Shown here piece by piece: positions 1-8,696 of a stretch of DNA of 64,000 bases (its first letter is position 1; every line of letters starts with the position of its first letter). The notes below the pieces were generated by a model. That model did no database searches. It saw nothing but the letters and a program-made list of their open reading frames with translations, and had not been told where the DNA came from. The stretch covers positions 3,651 through 67,650 of the forward strand of contig JAIXSO010000007.1 in assembly GCA_027484685.1 (NCBI GenBank), written 5' to 3'. Made by a program: the position numbers and the translations under genes. Origin of the DNA: Bacteroidota bacterium (GTDB lineage Bacteria; Bacteroidota; Bacteroidia; UKL13-3).

Positions 1-3000
1 TAATCTTCAACTAAACCCATAGAAACCATTCTATAAATTAACTTGCCTGTTTCCCCTTTGCTTCTTTCTTGTAAATAAAGTTTTTCTATTATTTTCTTTG
101 TGACATCATTTAATCCTGAATAAATTGTGCTTCTTCCAGTAGTCTCTTCTAATTGTAATATAAAATCAAACCAGTTATTACTATAATTTATAGAATTATA
201 TAATTTTTTTCTTAAATTATTTTGTTCTTCAAAATTTGCTGGCAATGGAATGTTTAAAAGAATTATTGTTTCTTCAAATTTACTAATTCTTTTTTTTTCA
301 TTAGCAACAATGAAGTTAAATTGTTTTGTAGTTGTTGTTTCAAATATTTCTTTCAGAGTGTTTTCTTCAATTTCAATAGAATCAAAAATGTCATTTATTT
401 GAGCTTTTTCGGTTTCTATACCTTTGTTACTATTGTTGTAAAAAAAATCATGAATATTTCTATCTGGTTCTATCGTTATTACCTTTGTCTTTAAAAATTC
501 TCTTATATCTGCTTTTACTTGAGGTGCTGGTTCAGGGAAATCTGTACTATCAATTTTGGAAATAACATCTTCTTCAGTTATTCCTTTTATTTCTTTAACA
601 AATTTCCACCTTATTCTGCTTCTATAGATAATGTTCTTTAAAAATTGATATTTAGTATCATTATAGTTTTCTATAGTAAATACCTCATTTGAAATTTGAT
701 ATTGAGGTTTGTTTTTGAGAATTATTACCGATTCACAAACTTGTTTATCCCTTCCTGCTCGCCCAGCTTCTTGCACAAAACTTTCTAATGAGTTTGAATA
801 ATTAATATGGTAAACAGCCCTCACATCTTCCTTGTCTATACCCATTCCAAAGGCTTTGGTAGCAACAATATGTTTTAAATTTCCTGTAATAAATTTCTCA
901 AAATTAATCTGTGTTTCTTTATCAATTCCAACTTCATCAGAACTTCCAAAAAAATATCCTTTCGATTTGCTTGTTAGATTATTATAAACTTCAAGTACTG
1001 AGTTTTCTGGTTGTTCTATTTCTATTTCATTAAGTTCTTTTGCTTTTTTTGCCTTTTTTGTAGAACAAAAAACAATGAGTGAATGATCGTTAACATTTGT
1101 TTGTGTTAAATCTTGCAAATCATTTACTTTTTTAATCAATATACTTTCAACACTGCTTTTCTCGTCTTTGTTATAATTATCTTTATGATGTTGTAACGAT
1201 TTTTGAATAATATCCGTTTGATTCCAATATTGTAAATTATTTCCAATATTTTCAAGGTCTTTGTTTAGTTCTTCCGATTTCTTTGTTGTAGCATTAATCA
1301 CTCTATAAAACATTTCAGGGCGAATAGTATTTTCACTCATTATTAAAGCATTTGCCAAATCTGAATGTTCAATTTTAAGTTCTCTTTCTACATCTGCCAA
1401 TACATCAAACGAAGCAGTGGCAGTTAATCCAATCAACGTTACTTTTTTATTTTCTGTTTCATTTTTAGTAAAACAATATTGCTGTGCATTTTTACCTAAT
1501 TGCAAATAAGTAAATCTAAAATTATGTCCCCACTCAGATACACAGTGAACCTCATCAATTACACAATAAGTAATTGATAAATCAAAAAAGGAGTTGATAT
1601 TTTGAATTAAATTTCTAAACTCAGTCATTACAAATCTTTCTGGCGAAAGAAATATCAATTGGGTTTCACCAAATCTAAAGTTAATTTGCTTGTTACGTTT
1701 TTCTTTTCTTGTTAAAGTTGAGTTTATATAGTCGCAACAGTCAATCCAATTGTTTTTCAAAACCCTAACTTGGTCTTCCATTAAAGTTTTAATTGGATCA
1801 ACCACTATGCAAATGCCTGGCTGCATTAAAGCACTTAACTGAAATGTTAATGATTTACCACCTCCAGTTGGCAATAAACCAATGACTGGTAAAAGTCTCA
1901 AAGCTCTTGAAACAATCTCTAATTGCCCATCCCTAAATCCAGGTTTTCTGAAAATATTTTGAATAAAATATTCAATATTTTCTTTTAAATCATTAGGTAA
2001 ATATGTTGCATCTGGTTGTTTAATTACAAGTTCTTTATAATTTAATGGCTTAGCACAATAAATCCTGCGTTTATTACCAAACGAATTATTTACAAAATGA
2101 GAGGAACGAATTTTTATTGATTTGTTACAATTAAATTTATCATATTTATATATTCCGTCACGAATCAAAAGACTATGGTCTAAAATAATATCGTAATCAT
2201 TTTCATCAAATTCCTTTGTTGCTTCATTGCCTAAATGTAGATTGTATAAATTAAATCTTTGGTCTGGAAATATCGTTAAGTTTAACTTTGGTAATTTAAA
2301 ATCATCAATTATTAGTTCACTTAAATTTGAAGCAAGCTCATTTAGTGATTCAATTGCCAACGCCCCACAGGGCAAATCCCTTTCAATTATTGCTATATTT
2401 ATTTCTATTTTACCTAATAAATCAGCATCTCTAAGAAACAATTCTAATAATGTTTTCTGTATTCGTGCAATGGCAAATGGAGTTAAAACAATTATATGCT
2501 CAATTAGTCTTTCTGCTAATTCTGTATTATAATTTTTAGCATAAATCTCAAATACTCCATCTTTATTTTCAAATTGATTGATGATTGATTGATCTAATTC
2601 CTTTAAGTCAGATGATTGTCTTAATGTTTTAAAATTAGCTTCCTCTGCCACTTCATCTCTATATTTGTCGTATGCTTTATAACTTGCACTTTTGTGGTGT
2701 TGACCATCAAATTCAATAATCACTCCTTTAGTTACTAATTGTTCAATAAATGTATCTTTACCGTCAGTATCAGTTTGTATGTTTAAATAAGGTATTTCAT
2801 AGGAAAAATCTACAGAAGTGCCAGGTATTGAATGAAATGGTCTTTGAGATTGCAATATTTGTTTACAAAAAGGAAATTCAGCTAATTTATTATTTATAAA
2901 ATCCCATTCGCCATCGCTGCCTAAATTTCCTAGGTATTTTTCTTTAGCAATATTTAACTTTGGTTGTATAAAATGTAATAATTCAAAAATTATATTCCAA

Positions 3001-3344
3001 TCAATCTTTATATCATTTTCTATAAAGCAAATTTCTGTTTTCTTCTCTTCGTTTTTTTTAGTTGCTTTAATTATTTCTGCTAGTTTTTCCTCAACAAATA
3101 AGGGTGCTCTCGTTGGCAAACCTCTCGTTATTATGTTATTTATAGTAGCTAAAAATGGATTTAGATTTTTATACTCATATGTTAAATCAAATGCTTTTCC
3201 AGTTACCTCGAACGAAGAAATATACTTTAAAAGCCCTTGCATTTTTAATACTTCAACATTGTATTTATCTGCTTTCTTTTGTTCAAAAGATGAAATTTCA
3301 TTTGCAATAACATCTAAAATATATCCCGCTTTAAATTGTGCCAT
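1..3344 (-). CDS. Large RecQ-like SF2 DNA helicase with N-terminal DUF559/Vsr-like nuclease motif (3' end runs off the window)
   Basis: Hand translation of segments from ATG at 3344 (MAQFKAGYILD...), same frame to the edge (...KLIYRMVSMGLVED). Motifs: PGFRDGQLE, LPTGGGKSLTFQ (Walker A, ~1840-1875), SPERF, IDEVHCVSEWGHNFR (~1515-1560), GLTATA, VATKAFGMGIDK, QEAGRAGRD (~748-774); IEFDGQHH at ~2695-2718. Absent from the ORF track because it has no stop in the window. Confidence 0.9.
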   Translation of the reverse strand, partial: MAQFKAGYILDVIANEISSFEQKKADKYNVEVLKMQGLLKYISSFEVTGKAFDLTYEYKNLNPFLATINNIITRGLPTRAPLFVEEKLAEIIKATKKNEEKKTEICFIENDIKIDWNIIFELLHFIQPKLNIAKEKYLGNLGSDGEWDFINNKLAEFPFCKQILQSQRPFHSIPGTSVDFSYEIPYLNIQTDTDGKDTFIEQLVTKGVIIEFDGQHHKSASYKAYDKYRDEVAEEANFKTLRQSSDLKELDQSIINQFENKDGVFEIYAKNYNTELAERLIEHIIVLTPFAIARIQKTLLELFLRDADLLGKIEINIAIIERDLPCGALAIESLNELASNLSELIIDDFKLPKLNLTIFPDQRFNLYNLHLGNEATKEFDENDYDIILDHSLLIRDGIYKYDKFNCNKSIKIRSSHFVNNSFGNKRRIYCAKPLNYKELVIKQPDATYLPNDLKENIEYFIQNIFRKPGFRDGQLEIVSRALRLLPVIGLLPTGGGKSLTFQLSALMQPGICIVVDPIKTLMEDQVRVLKNNWIDCCDYINSTLTRKEKRNKQINFRFGETQLIFLSPERFVMTEFRNLIQNINSFFDLSITYCVIDEVHCVSEWGHNFRFTYLQLGKNAQQYCFTKNETENKKVTLIGLTATASFDVLADVERELKIEHSDLANALIMSENTIRPEMFYRVINATTKKSEELNKDLENIGNNLQYWNQTDIIQKSLQHHKDNYNKDEKSSVESILIKKVNDLQDLTQTNVNDHSLIVFCSTKKAKKAKELNEIEIEQPENSVLEVYNNLTSKSKGYFFGSSDEVGIDKETQINFEKFITGNLKHIVATKAFGMGIDKEDVRAVYHINYSNSLESFVQEAGRAGRDKQVCESVIILKNKPQYQISNEVFTIENYNDTKYQFLKNIIYRSRIRWKFVKEIKGITEEDVISKIDSTDFPEPAPQVKADIREFLKTKVITIEPDRNIHDFFYNNSNKGIETEKAQINDIFDSIEIEENTLKEIFETTTTKQFNFIVANEKKRISKFEETIILLNIPLPANFEEQNNLRKKLYNSINYSNNWFDFILQLEETTGRSTIYSGLNDVTKKIIEKLYLQERSKGETGKLIYRMVSMGLVED

Positions 3345-3446
3345 TTATTGAAGTTTACTTATCGACAATAATAAAAGGAATTAATCAATATTTAAAACAA
3401 TTTGAAATTCAATTTTAATCCAGAGCAAAATTTTAGTCTTGCATAA

Positions 3447-3524
3447 TGTGTCAAATTTATTGGTTTTTATTTTTTGACACAGTTTATTGAACAGACTCTT
3501 TTTTTTTGACACAGTTGTTGAACA
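3447..3524. repeat. Inverted plus direct TTTGACACA repeats upstream of the helicase
   Basis: TGTGTCAAA 3447-3455 / TTTGACACA 3473-3481 (17-nt spacer); third copy 3505-3513 inside the direct repeat TTTTTGACACAGTT(TA/G)TTGAACA. Confidence 0.7.
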
Positions 3525-3532
3525 TCCTTCTT

Positions 3533-3826
3533 TAAAACCTATTTCATTCCACACCAAACCCATTTCATAACATTCCAAACAATTTTCAGAGCTTTCCAAA
3601 CGCATTCCATAAATTTCCAAGCGGTTTTCAAGGCTTTCACTTCGTATTTCATTACCCGCACATGTCATTGCAGCAGTTTTACATATCATTGCGTCATTTG
3701 CAATTGTCCATGCATTAAAGTTAAAACCCAATTCACTGTTTTCACATCGGTTTTCATTAATTGCCAAACGGTTTTCCTAACTAATCAAACGCTTTGCATG
3801 GTTCTCCAAGCGCATTTTTTCATATT
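3533..3826. repeat. Degenerate 21-bp-period tandem array (~14 units)
   Basis: Units in phase at 3554, 3575, 3596, 3617 ... 3764, 3785, 3806, e.g. ccaaacccatttcataacatt / ccaaacaattttcagagcttt / ccaaacgcattccataaattt / ccaagcggttttcaaggcttt. Confidence 0.75.
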
Positions 3827-3961
3827 TACAGTGCTTTTCACGGGTTTACGAAACAGCTTAAATAATCACAATTGTTTGCGCTAAAACTAAATTACAGCAC
3901 ATTGCTAAAGGAAAGTTGGTTACAATACAAGGAGGATGCCTCCGGCATAACAAAGGCTATG

Positions 3962-4008
3962 CTAGCACAAGCGCCCGTTTGTGCTAGTAATAATCAAGCG
4001 TCCGCTTG
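3962..4008. repeat. REP-like GC-rich hairpins
   Basis: ctagcacaagcg-cc-cgtttgtgctag (3962-3987) and caagcg-tc-cgcttg (3995-4008). Confidence 0.55.
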
Positions 4009-4071
4009 CACAAGCTTAGAAATACTTCTATTTAATGAGGGCAGCACTGTTACAAACACTACACTCTTATA

Positions 4072-4365
4072 TTAACTCAATTTTGCACCCCAAATTATAT
4101 CTTTAATTATTACATGTGTTTCGTTTACGCTATAAACAAATATCCATTTTTTATCAAAAACTGCACACCTTAAATTCTTTTTTGAAAGCTGTTACTGACG
4201 ACAAATGGCATGAGCAAATGGGTTTTCAGATAACGACTCTGCAAAAGCTATCATTTTAAGTGCATAGCCTCTTGCAGTATTAGGCATTTTAACTTCCTCA
4301 ATCAAATAATCAACTAATGATTCAATACTTTCAAAAGCCGATTTCTTAATTACCAATTCACGCAT
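4072..4365 (-). pseudogene. RelE/ParE-family toxin interrupted by an in-frame TAA
   Basis: MRELVIKKSAFESIESLVDYLIEEVKMPNTARGYALKMIAFAESLSENPFAHAICRQ*QLSKKNLRCAVFDKKWIFVYSVNETHVIIKDIIWGAKLS*; stop at 4192-4194 (codon 58 of 97); size and pattern fit RelE/ParE; ATG overlaps the upstream stop (TAATG). Confidence 0.75.
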
Positions 4366-4559
4366 TAGTTTTTAAGTTTTTTATCTAATTCACCTAAAAG
4401 TGTATCTGCAAATTGGGAAAAAGGAACTGTATCATTCAAGTCATTTTCATCATTTTCAATTAATTCAATACTTTCATCGTTTTTAGACAAAGTTTTAATT
4501 AAGGCATAAATATTTTTGCCTGTTTCTATTGAATCGTCAATTTCAATTAAATGTTTCAT
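4365..4559 (-). CDS. Putative antitoxin (small acidic protein)
   Basis: 64 aa, acidic, translationally coupled to the RelE/ParE-like frame. Confidence 0.7.
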   Translation of the reverse strand: MKHLIEIDDSIETGKNIYALIKTLSKNDESIELIENDENDLNDTVPFSQFADTLLGELDKKLKN

Positions 4560-4657
4560 GAAAATAATTTAAAGTCAAATATAAATTATTTTTGATTTAA
4601 AAATAACGTTGCAAATAGTTTTAGTTTTAACGAACCATTTTGAATTACTTTTATTTT

Positions 4658-4700
4658 CACTTCGGCTCGGTGACAGCACTTCGGCTTGGCTTAGTGACCC
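4658..4700. repeat. Two copies of a GTCAC..AGC..CGAAGTG REP-like repeat
   Basis: cacttcggctcggtgac and cacttcggcttggcttagtgac in tandem. Confidence 0.6.
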
Positions 4701-4870
4701 GAATATCGAACAACAAATATCGAACAACGAACACAGAATAACGAATATCGAATATCGAACATCGCTGAAGGAAAGTTGGTTACCATCCAAAAAATCACGC
4801 TTGGCGGAACACCTGCATGACAATGCAGGAAACTTCGAATAAGGAACTTCGAATAACGAACAACGATTTC
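4700..4870. repeat. 7-bp-period CGAAYAW repeat tracts
   Basis: cgaatat cgaacaa caaatat cgaacaa cgaacac agaataa cgaatat cgaatat cgaac (4700-4760); second tract 4828-4870. Confidence 0.85.
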
Positions 4871-4889
4871 AACAATTAAACTAAACTCC

Positions 4890-4985
4890 AACCTTTTAAA
4901 CCTTGTAACCTTCTAAACCCTCTAAACCCTAAACACTCAAAACATAAACACTTAAACACTCTGAACTTAAACACTCAAAACTACT
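4890..4985. repeat. ~8-bp-period C/A-rich tract
   Basis: Repeated (t)aaacc(c/t)t and taaacact units. Confidence 0.7.
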
Positions 4986-5033
4986 TGACTTCATTCATAC
5001 TTTTTTTATCCGTTTTCATTACTTAGCTTTACT

Positions 5034-5041
5034 TACATTTG
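5034..5041 (+). promoter_or_regulatory. Bacteroidota -7 promoter element
   Basis: TACATTTG (TAnnTTTG) 17 nt before the ccmF ATG. Confidence 0.55.
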
Positions 5042-5058
5042 CCATTTAAATTTATTAC

Positions 5059-7584
5059 ATGAGCAATATAATTTTTGAAGGTGAACATTTATGGATTGGA
5101 AATTTGGGCCGCATGGCGGTGGTTTTCAGTTTTATTACATCTATATTATCGGCAGTTAGTTACTACTTTGCCGAAAAAAAACCACAAGAAACCCATTGGG
5201 CCAAAACAGCTAAACTTAGTTTTTATGTGCACACATTGGCAGTGCTTACCATTATCAGCGCGCTGTTTTATATAATTCACCAACATTATTTTGAATACCA
5301 TTATGCATGGCAACACAGCAGTCGTGATTTGCCTGTTCATTTCATGATTTCGTGCTTTTGGGAAGGTCAAGAGGGTAGTTTTTTACTTTGGATTTTTTGG
5401 CAAATGGTTATTGGTTGGTTAATAATTGGAACAGCCAAAAATTGGACCAGTCCAGTTATGTTTGTGGTTATGCTTTCGCAAATAGCTTTAACTAGCATGC
5501 TTTTAGGAGTAAAAGTATGGGGAATAAAATTTGGCAGCACACCTTTTGAATTATTGCGTAATGCCATGGGCAACGCTCCTATTTTTAAACAACCTGATTA
5601 TTTAAGCAAGATAAAAGATGGCAATGGTTTAAATCCATTATTACAAAACTATTGGATGGTAATTCATCCACCAACATTGTTTTTTGGTTTTGCTACTACG
5701 GTAGTTCCGTTTGCATTTGCCATTGCAGCTTTAATGCGTAAACAATTTAGCGAGTGGATAAAACCAGCTTTACCATGGGCTTTGGTAAGTGTAATGGTAC
5801 TTGGAACGGGTATTATTATGGGTGGATTTTGGGCTTACGAAAGTTTAAGTTTTGGAGGCTATTGGGCTTGGGATCCTGTAGAAAATGCATCGTTGGTGCC
5901 TTGGTTAACTTTAATTGCAGGTTTGCACTTAATGCTTATTTATAAAGCTACTGGCAATGCCTTACAAGCTACTTTTGCCTTTATAATCCTAACTTTTATT
6001 TTGGTATTGTATGCTACTTTTTTAACCAGAAGTGGCGTTTTAGGTAATTCATCTGTTCACTCGTTTACCGATTTAGGTATGAGCGGACAATTATTACTTT
6101 TTGTATTGATGTTTGTTTGGATTGTGCCATTGGTTTTAGAGAAAAAACCTTTGATTTTCTGGATCAATTTTGGTGCATTAATTCTTTTGGTGATTGGTAT
6201 TTTATTAAGCGAAAAATTAAATATTAACAAATGGCCTTTAATAATTATTGGCTCATTGGCAGTGCTTTCAAACATTTATTATTTGGCTAAATACATTCCA
6301 TCGAGCAAAAAAGATGATGAAATATATACCCGCGAGTTTTGGATGTTTATTGGCAGTTTAATGCTTGGTATTTCGGCTTTCCAAATTATTTTAACTACCT
6401 CTATTCCGGTATTTAATAAAATGTTTGATTTAAAATTGGCCCCTCCTACCGATGTAATAAATCATTACAATAAATGGCAAATGCCTTTGGCAATTATTAT
6501 TGCTACTTTAACAGCTGTAGCCCATGTGTTAAAATACAAAAAAAATGGTGCTGATGGCATTAAAAAAATCATAACACATTTTATAATTTCAGGTGTAATT
6601 GCATTTATATTATTCTTTGCCTTTAAGCTAGAAAATTATGTATTCATAGCTTTATTGTTTGCTGCTGTTTATGCCATAATTGGTAACGGAAGTTTATTAA
6701 AACCCATTTTTAAAGGTAAGGTAAAATTAGTGGGCGCATCGGTGGCGCATATTGGTTTTGGTGTTTTATTAGTGGGTGTTTTGGTTTCATCGGCCAATAA
6801 AAAAGTAATTTCAATAAACGAAAGTGGTAAAGTGTTAAACCCTGAGTTTGACGATAAAAACAATATTGAAAACGTATATTTAGAGGGTGGTAAACCTTTA
6901 AAAATGTCGGATTACGAAATTACTTATGTATGCGATAGCCAACAATGGGTAAATACTTTTTACCAAGTAAATTATAAAAAACTTAATAAAGAAACTGGCA
7001 AAGTTGATTATGAGTTTAACTTGTATCCTAATGCACAAATAAATCCAAAGTTTGGCTTGGTAGCTAACCCCGATACCAAACATTACATAAGCCACGATGT
7101 ATTTACTTACGTAAGTTCAGTACCTGCAGAAAAGAAAGAAGCTAAATTTGTAAATACTAAAAAACACGAGTTAGCGCAAGACGATACTATTTATTTGAGC
7201 AATGCAATTTGTATTTTAAAAAACATCAGTTCTAATGTGCAAAAAAGCAATAATGCTAACCAATCGGAAATATTAATTGGTGCAGAAATAGCCATTCATA
7301 CGCTTGATAATGTATATAACATTACACCGCTTTATGGCATAAAAGACAGACAAGTGGCAAGTTTTGATGCTTACAGCGAAGAAATAAAAACCAAGTTTAG
7401 CTTTAAGGAAGTAAATCCTGAAACTAAAAAAATAACCATTGAAACATCGGAAAAAGACAATACGGGTAATTTCATCATTATGAAAGCCATTGTATTTCCA
7501 TGGATTAACTTGGTTTGGGCCGGAACTATTATTATGATTATTGGTTTCTTTTTGTCAATTTTAAAACGAGTAAAGACTTCATAG
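5059..7584 (+). CDS. ccsA: Cytochrome c biogenesis heme lyase CcmF/CcsA family
   Basis: WEGQEGSFLLW, GLNPLLQNYWMVIHPP, WWD motif GGYWAWDPVENAS, TRSG..SVHSF; many TM helices. Confidence 0.92.
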   Translation: MSNIIFEGEHLWIGNLGRMAVVFSFITSILSAVSYYFAEKKPQETHWAKTAKLSFYVHTLAVLTIISALFYIIHQHYFEYHYAWQHSSRDLPVHFMISCFWEGQEGSFLLWIFWQMVIGWLIIGTAKNWTSPVMFVVMLSQIALTSMLLGVKVWGIKFGSTPFELLRNAMGNAPIFKQPDYLSKIKDGNGLNPLLQNYWMVIHPPTLFFGFATTVVPFAFAIAALMRKQFSEWIKPALPWALVSVMVLGTGIIMGGFWAYESLSFGGYWAWDPVENASLVPWLTLIAGLHLMLIYKATGNALQATFAFIILTFILVLYATFLTRSGVLGNSSVHSFTDLGMSGQLLLFVLMFVWIVPLVLEKKPLIFWINFGALILLVIGILLSEKLNINKWPLIIIGSLAVLSNIYYLAKYIPSSKKDDEIYTREFWMFIGSLMLGISAFQIILTTSIPVFNKMFDLKLAPPTDVINHYNKWQMPLAIIIATLTAVAHVLKYKKNGADGIKKIITHFIISGVIAFILFFAFKLENYVFIALLFAAVYAIIGNGSLLKPIFKGKVKLVGASVAHIGFGVLLVGVLVSSANKKVISINESGKVLNPEFDDKNNIENVYLEGGKPLKMSDYEITYVCDSQQWVNTFYQVNYKKLNKETGKVDYEFNLYPNAQINPKFGLVANPDTKHYISHDVFTYVSSVPAEKKEAKFVNTKKHELAQDDTIYLSNAICILKNISSNVQKSNNANQSEILIGAEIAIHTLDNVYNITPLYGIKDRQVASFDAYSEEIKTKFSFKEVNPETKKITIETSEKDNTGNFIIMKAIVFPWINLVWAGTIIMIIGFFLSILKRVKTS

Positions 7585-7745
7585 CTGCTGGCTTCTAGCC
7601 TCTAGCCACTAGCTTTACCTTGTTATCTTTTAACTTTGTAATTTTGTAATTTTTCACCCGATTTATCGAGATTCTAATTTTATAATTTTTCTAACCTTGT
7701 AATTTTATAACCTTGTAATTTTGTAATCTTTGTAATCTTCTAATC
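7585..7745. repeat. 7-bp (ctagc..) and 8-bp (ttttgtaa) repeat tracts
   Basis: gcttctagcctctagccactagc followed by repeated ttgtaatt/ttgtaatc units. Confidence 0.75.
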
Positions 7746-7754
7746 TTAAAAAAC

Positions 7755-8696
7755 ATGGCTGGGTTATTTCATAAATTTAAAAATAATAACGATACTGGTT
7801 TTGGCGCATCGGCTACTAACCAAGCGGAGCGATTAATAAACAAAGATGGAACTTACAATGTAACCCGCACTGGAGTTTCATTTTTAAATAAATTTAACTC
7901 CTACCACGATTTAATAGCCTTAAGTTGGACCAAGTTTAACTTATTGGTTTTTGTTACCTATTTGGCAATGAATATAATTTTTGCCTTTGTTTATTGGTTT
8001 ATAGGTGTAGAACATTTAGGAGGCATGATTGCCAATACGCCTTTCGAAAAATTTATGGAAGCTTTTTTCTTCAGCTGCCAAACTTTTTCTACTGTAGGTT
8101 ACGGGCGCATTAACCCGCAAGGATATTTAACCAGTGCGGTTGCATCAATGGAAAGCTTAATTGGCTTAATGAGTTTTGCTTTAGCCACAGGTTTAATTTA
8201 TGGAAGGTTTGCAAGGCCCAATATTAAATTATTGAAAAGCGAAAATGCAATTATAGCACCTTATAAAGATGGAAAAGCACTGATGTTTAGGATTGTAAAT
8301 GCTAGAAAAAATGCGTTAATTGATTTAGATGTTTCGTTGTTGGTTACCTTTTTAAATCCCGATAATAGAATGATGCAGTTTTTGCCTTTAAAGTTAGAAA
8401 GAAGCACCATTAACTCTTTGGCATTAAGTTGGACCATTGTTCACCCAATTGATGAAGAGTCGCCATTATTTAACTTTACCCAAAAAGATTTTGAGGAAAT
8501 TGATTTACAGCTCATTTTATCAATAAAAGCCTTTGACGAAAGCTACTCGCAAACGGTTCACTCACGAGTTGGTTATGTATATAACGATATCCTTTGGGGC
8601 AAAAAATTTGTACCCATGTACGAACGTTCAGAAGATGGAAGCACTACTTTATTGCATTTAGAAAAACTAAATGAAATGGTAGATGCAGCTATTTAA
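7755..8696 (+). CDS. Inward-rectifier K+ channel (KirBac/Irk)
   Basis: AFFFSCQTFSTVGYG selectivity filter, RFARP, LMFRIVNAR, WTIVHPIDEESPL. Confidence 0.92.
   Translation: MAGLFHKFKNNNDTGFGASATNQAERLINKDGTYNVTRTGVSFLNKFNSYHDLIALSWTKFNLLVFVTYLAMNIIFAFVYWFIGVEHLGGMIANTPFEKFMEAFFFSCQTFSTVGYGRINPQGYLTSAVASMESLIGLMSFALATGLIYGRFARPNIKLLKSENAIIAPYKDGKALMFRIVNARKNALIDLDVSLLVTFLNPDNRMMQFLPLKLERSTINSLALSWTIVHPIDEESPLFNFTQKDFEEIDLQLILSIKAFDESYSQTVHSRVGYVYNDILWGKKFVPMYERSEDGSTTLLHLEKLNEMVDAAI

Noticed and set aside
2227-3351. Plus-strand ORFs 2227-2532 and 3133-3351, and similar short ORFs nested in long genes across the window
   Set aside because: Antisense or off-frame shadows of well-supported genes.
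3533-3826. CRISPR array
   Set aside because: No conserved repeat with unique spacers, the period is only 21 nt, and there are no cas genes.
3872-4075. 67-aa ORF
   Set aside because: TTG start, runs through REP-like hairpins, no recognisable motif.
4192-4194. Stop-codon reassignment or readthrough
   Set aside because: TAA is the normal terminator of most genes in the window, including ribosomal genes.
4575-4891. Overlapping ORFs of 82, 77 and 66 aa
   Set aside because: They are translations of the 7-bp and REP-like repeats, with no protein-family signal.
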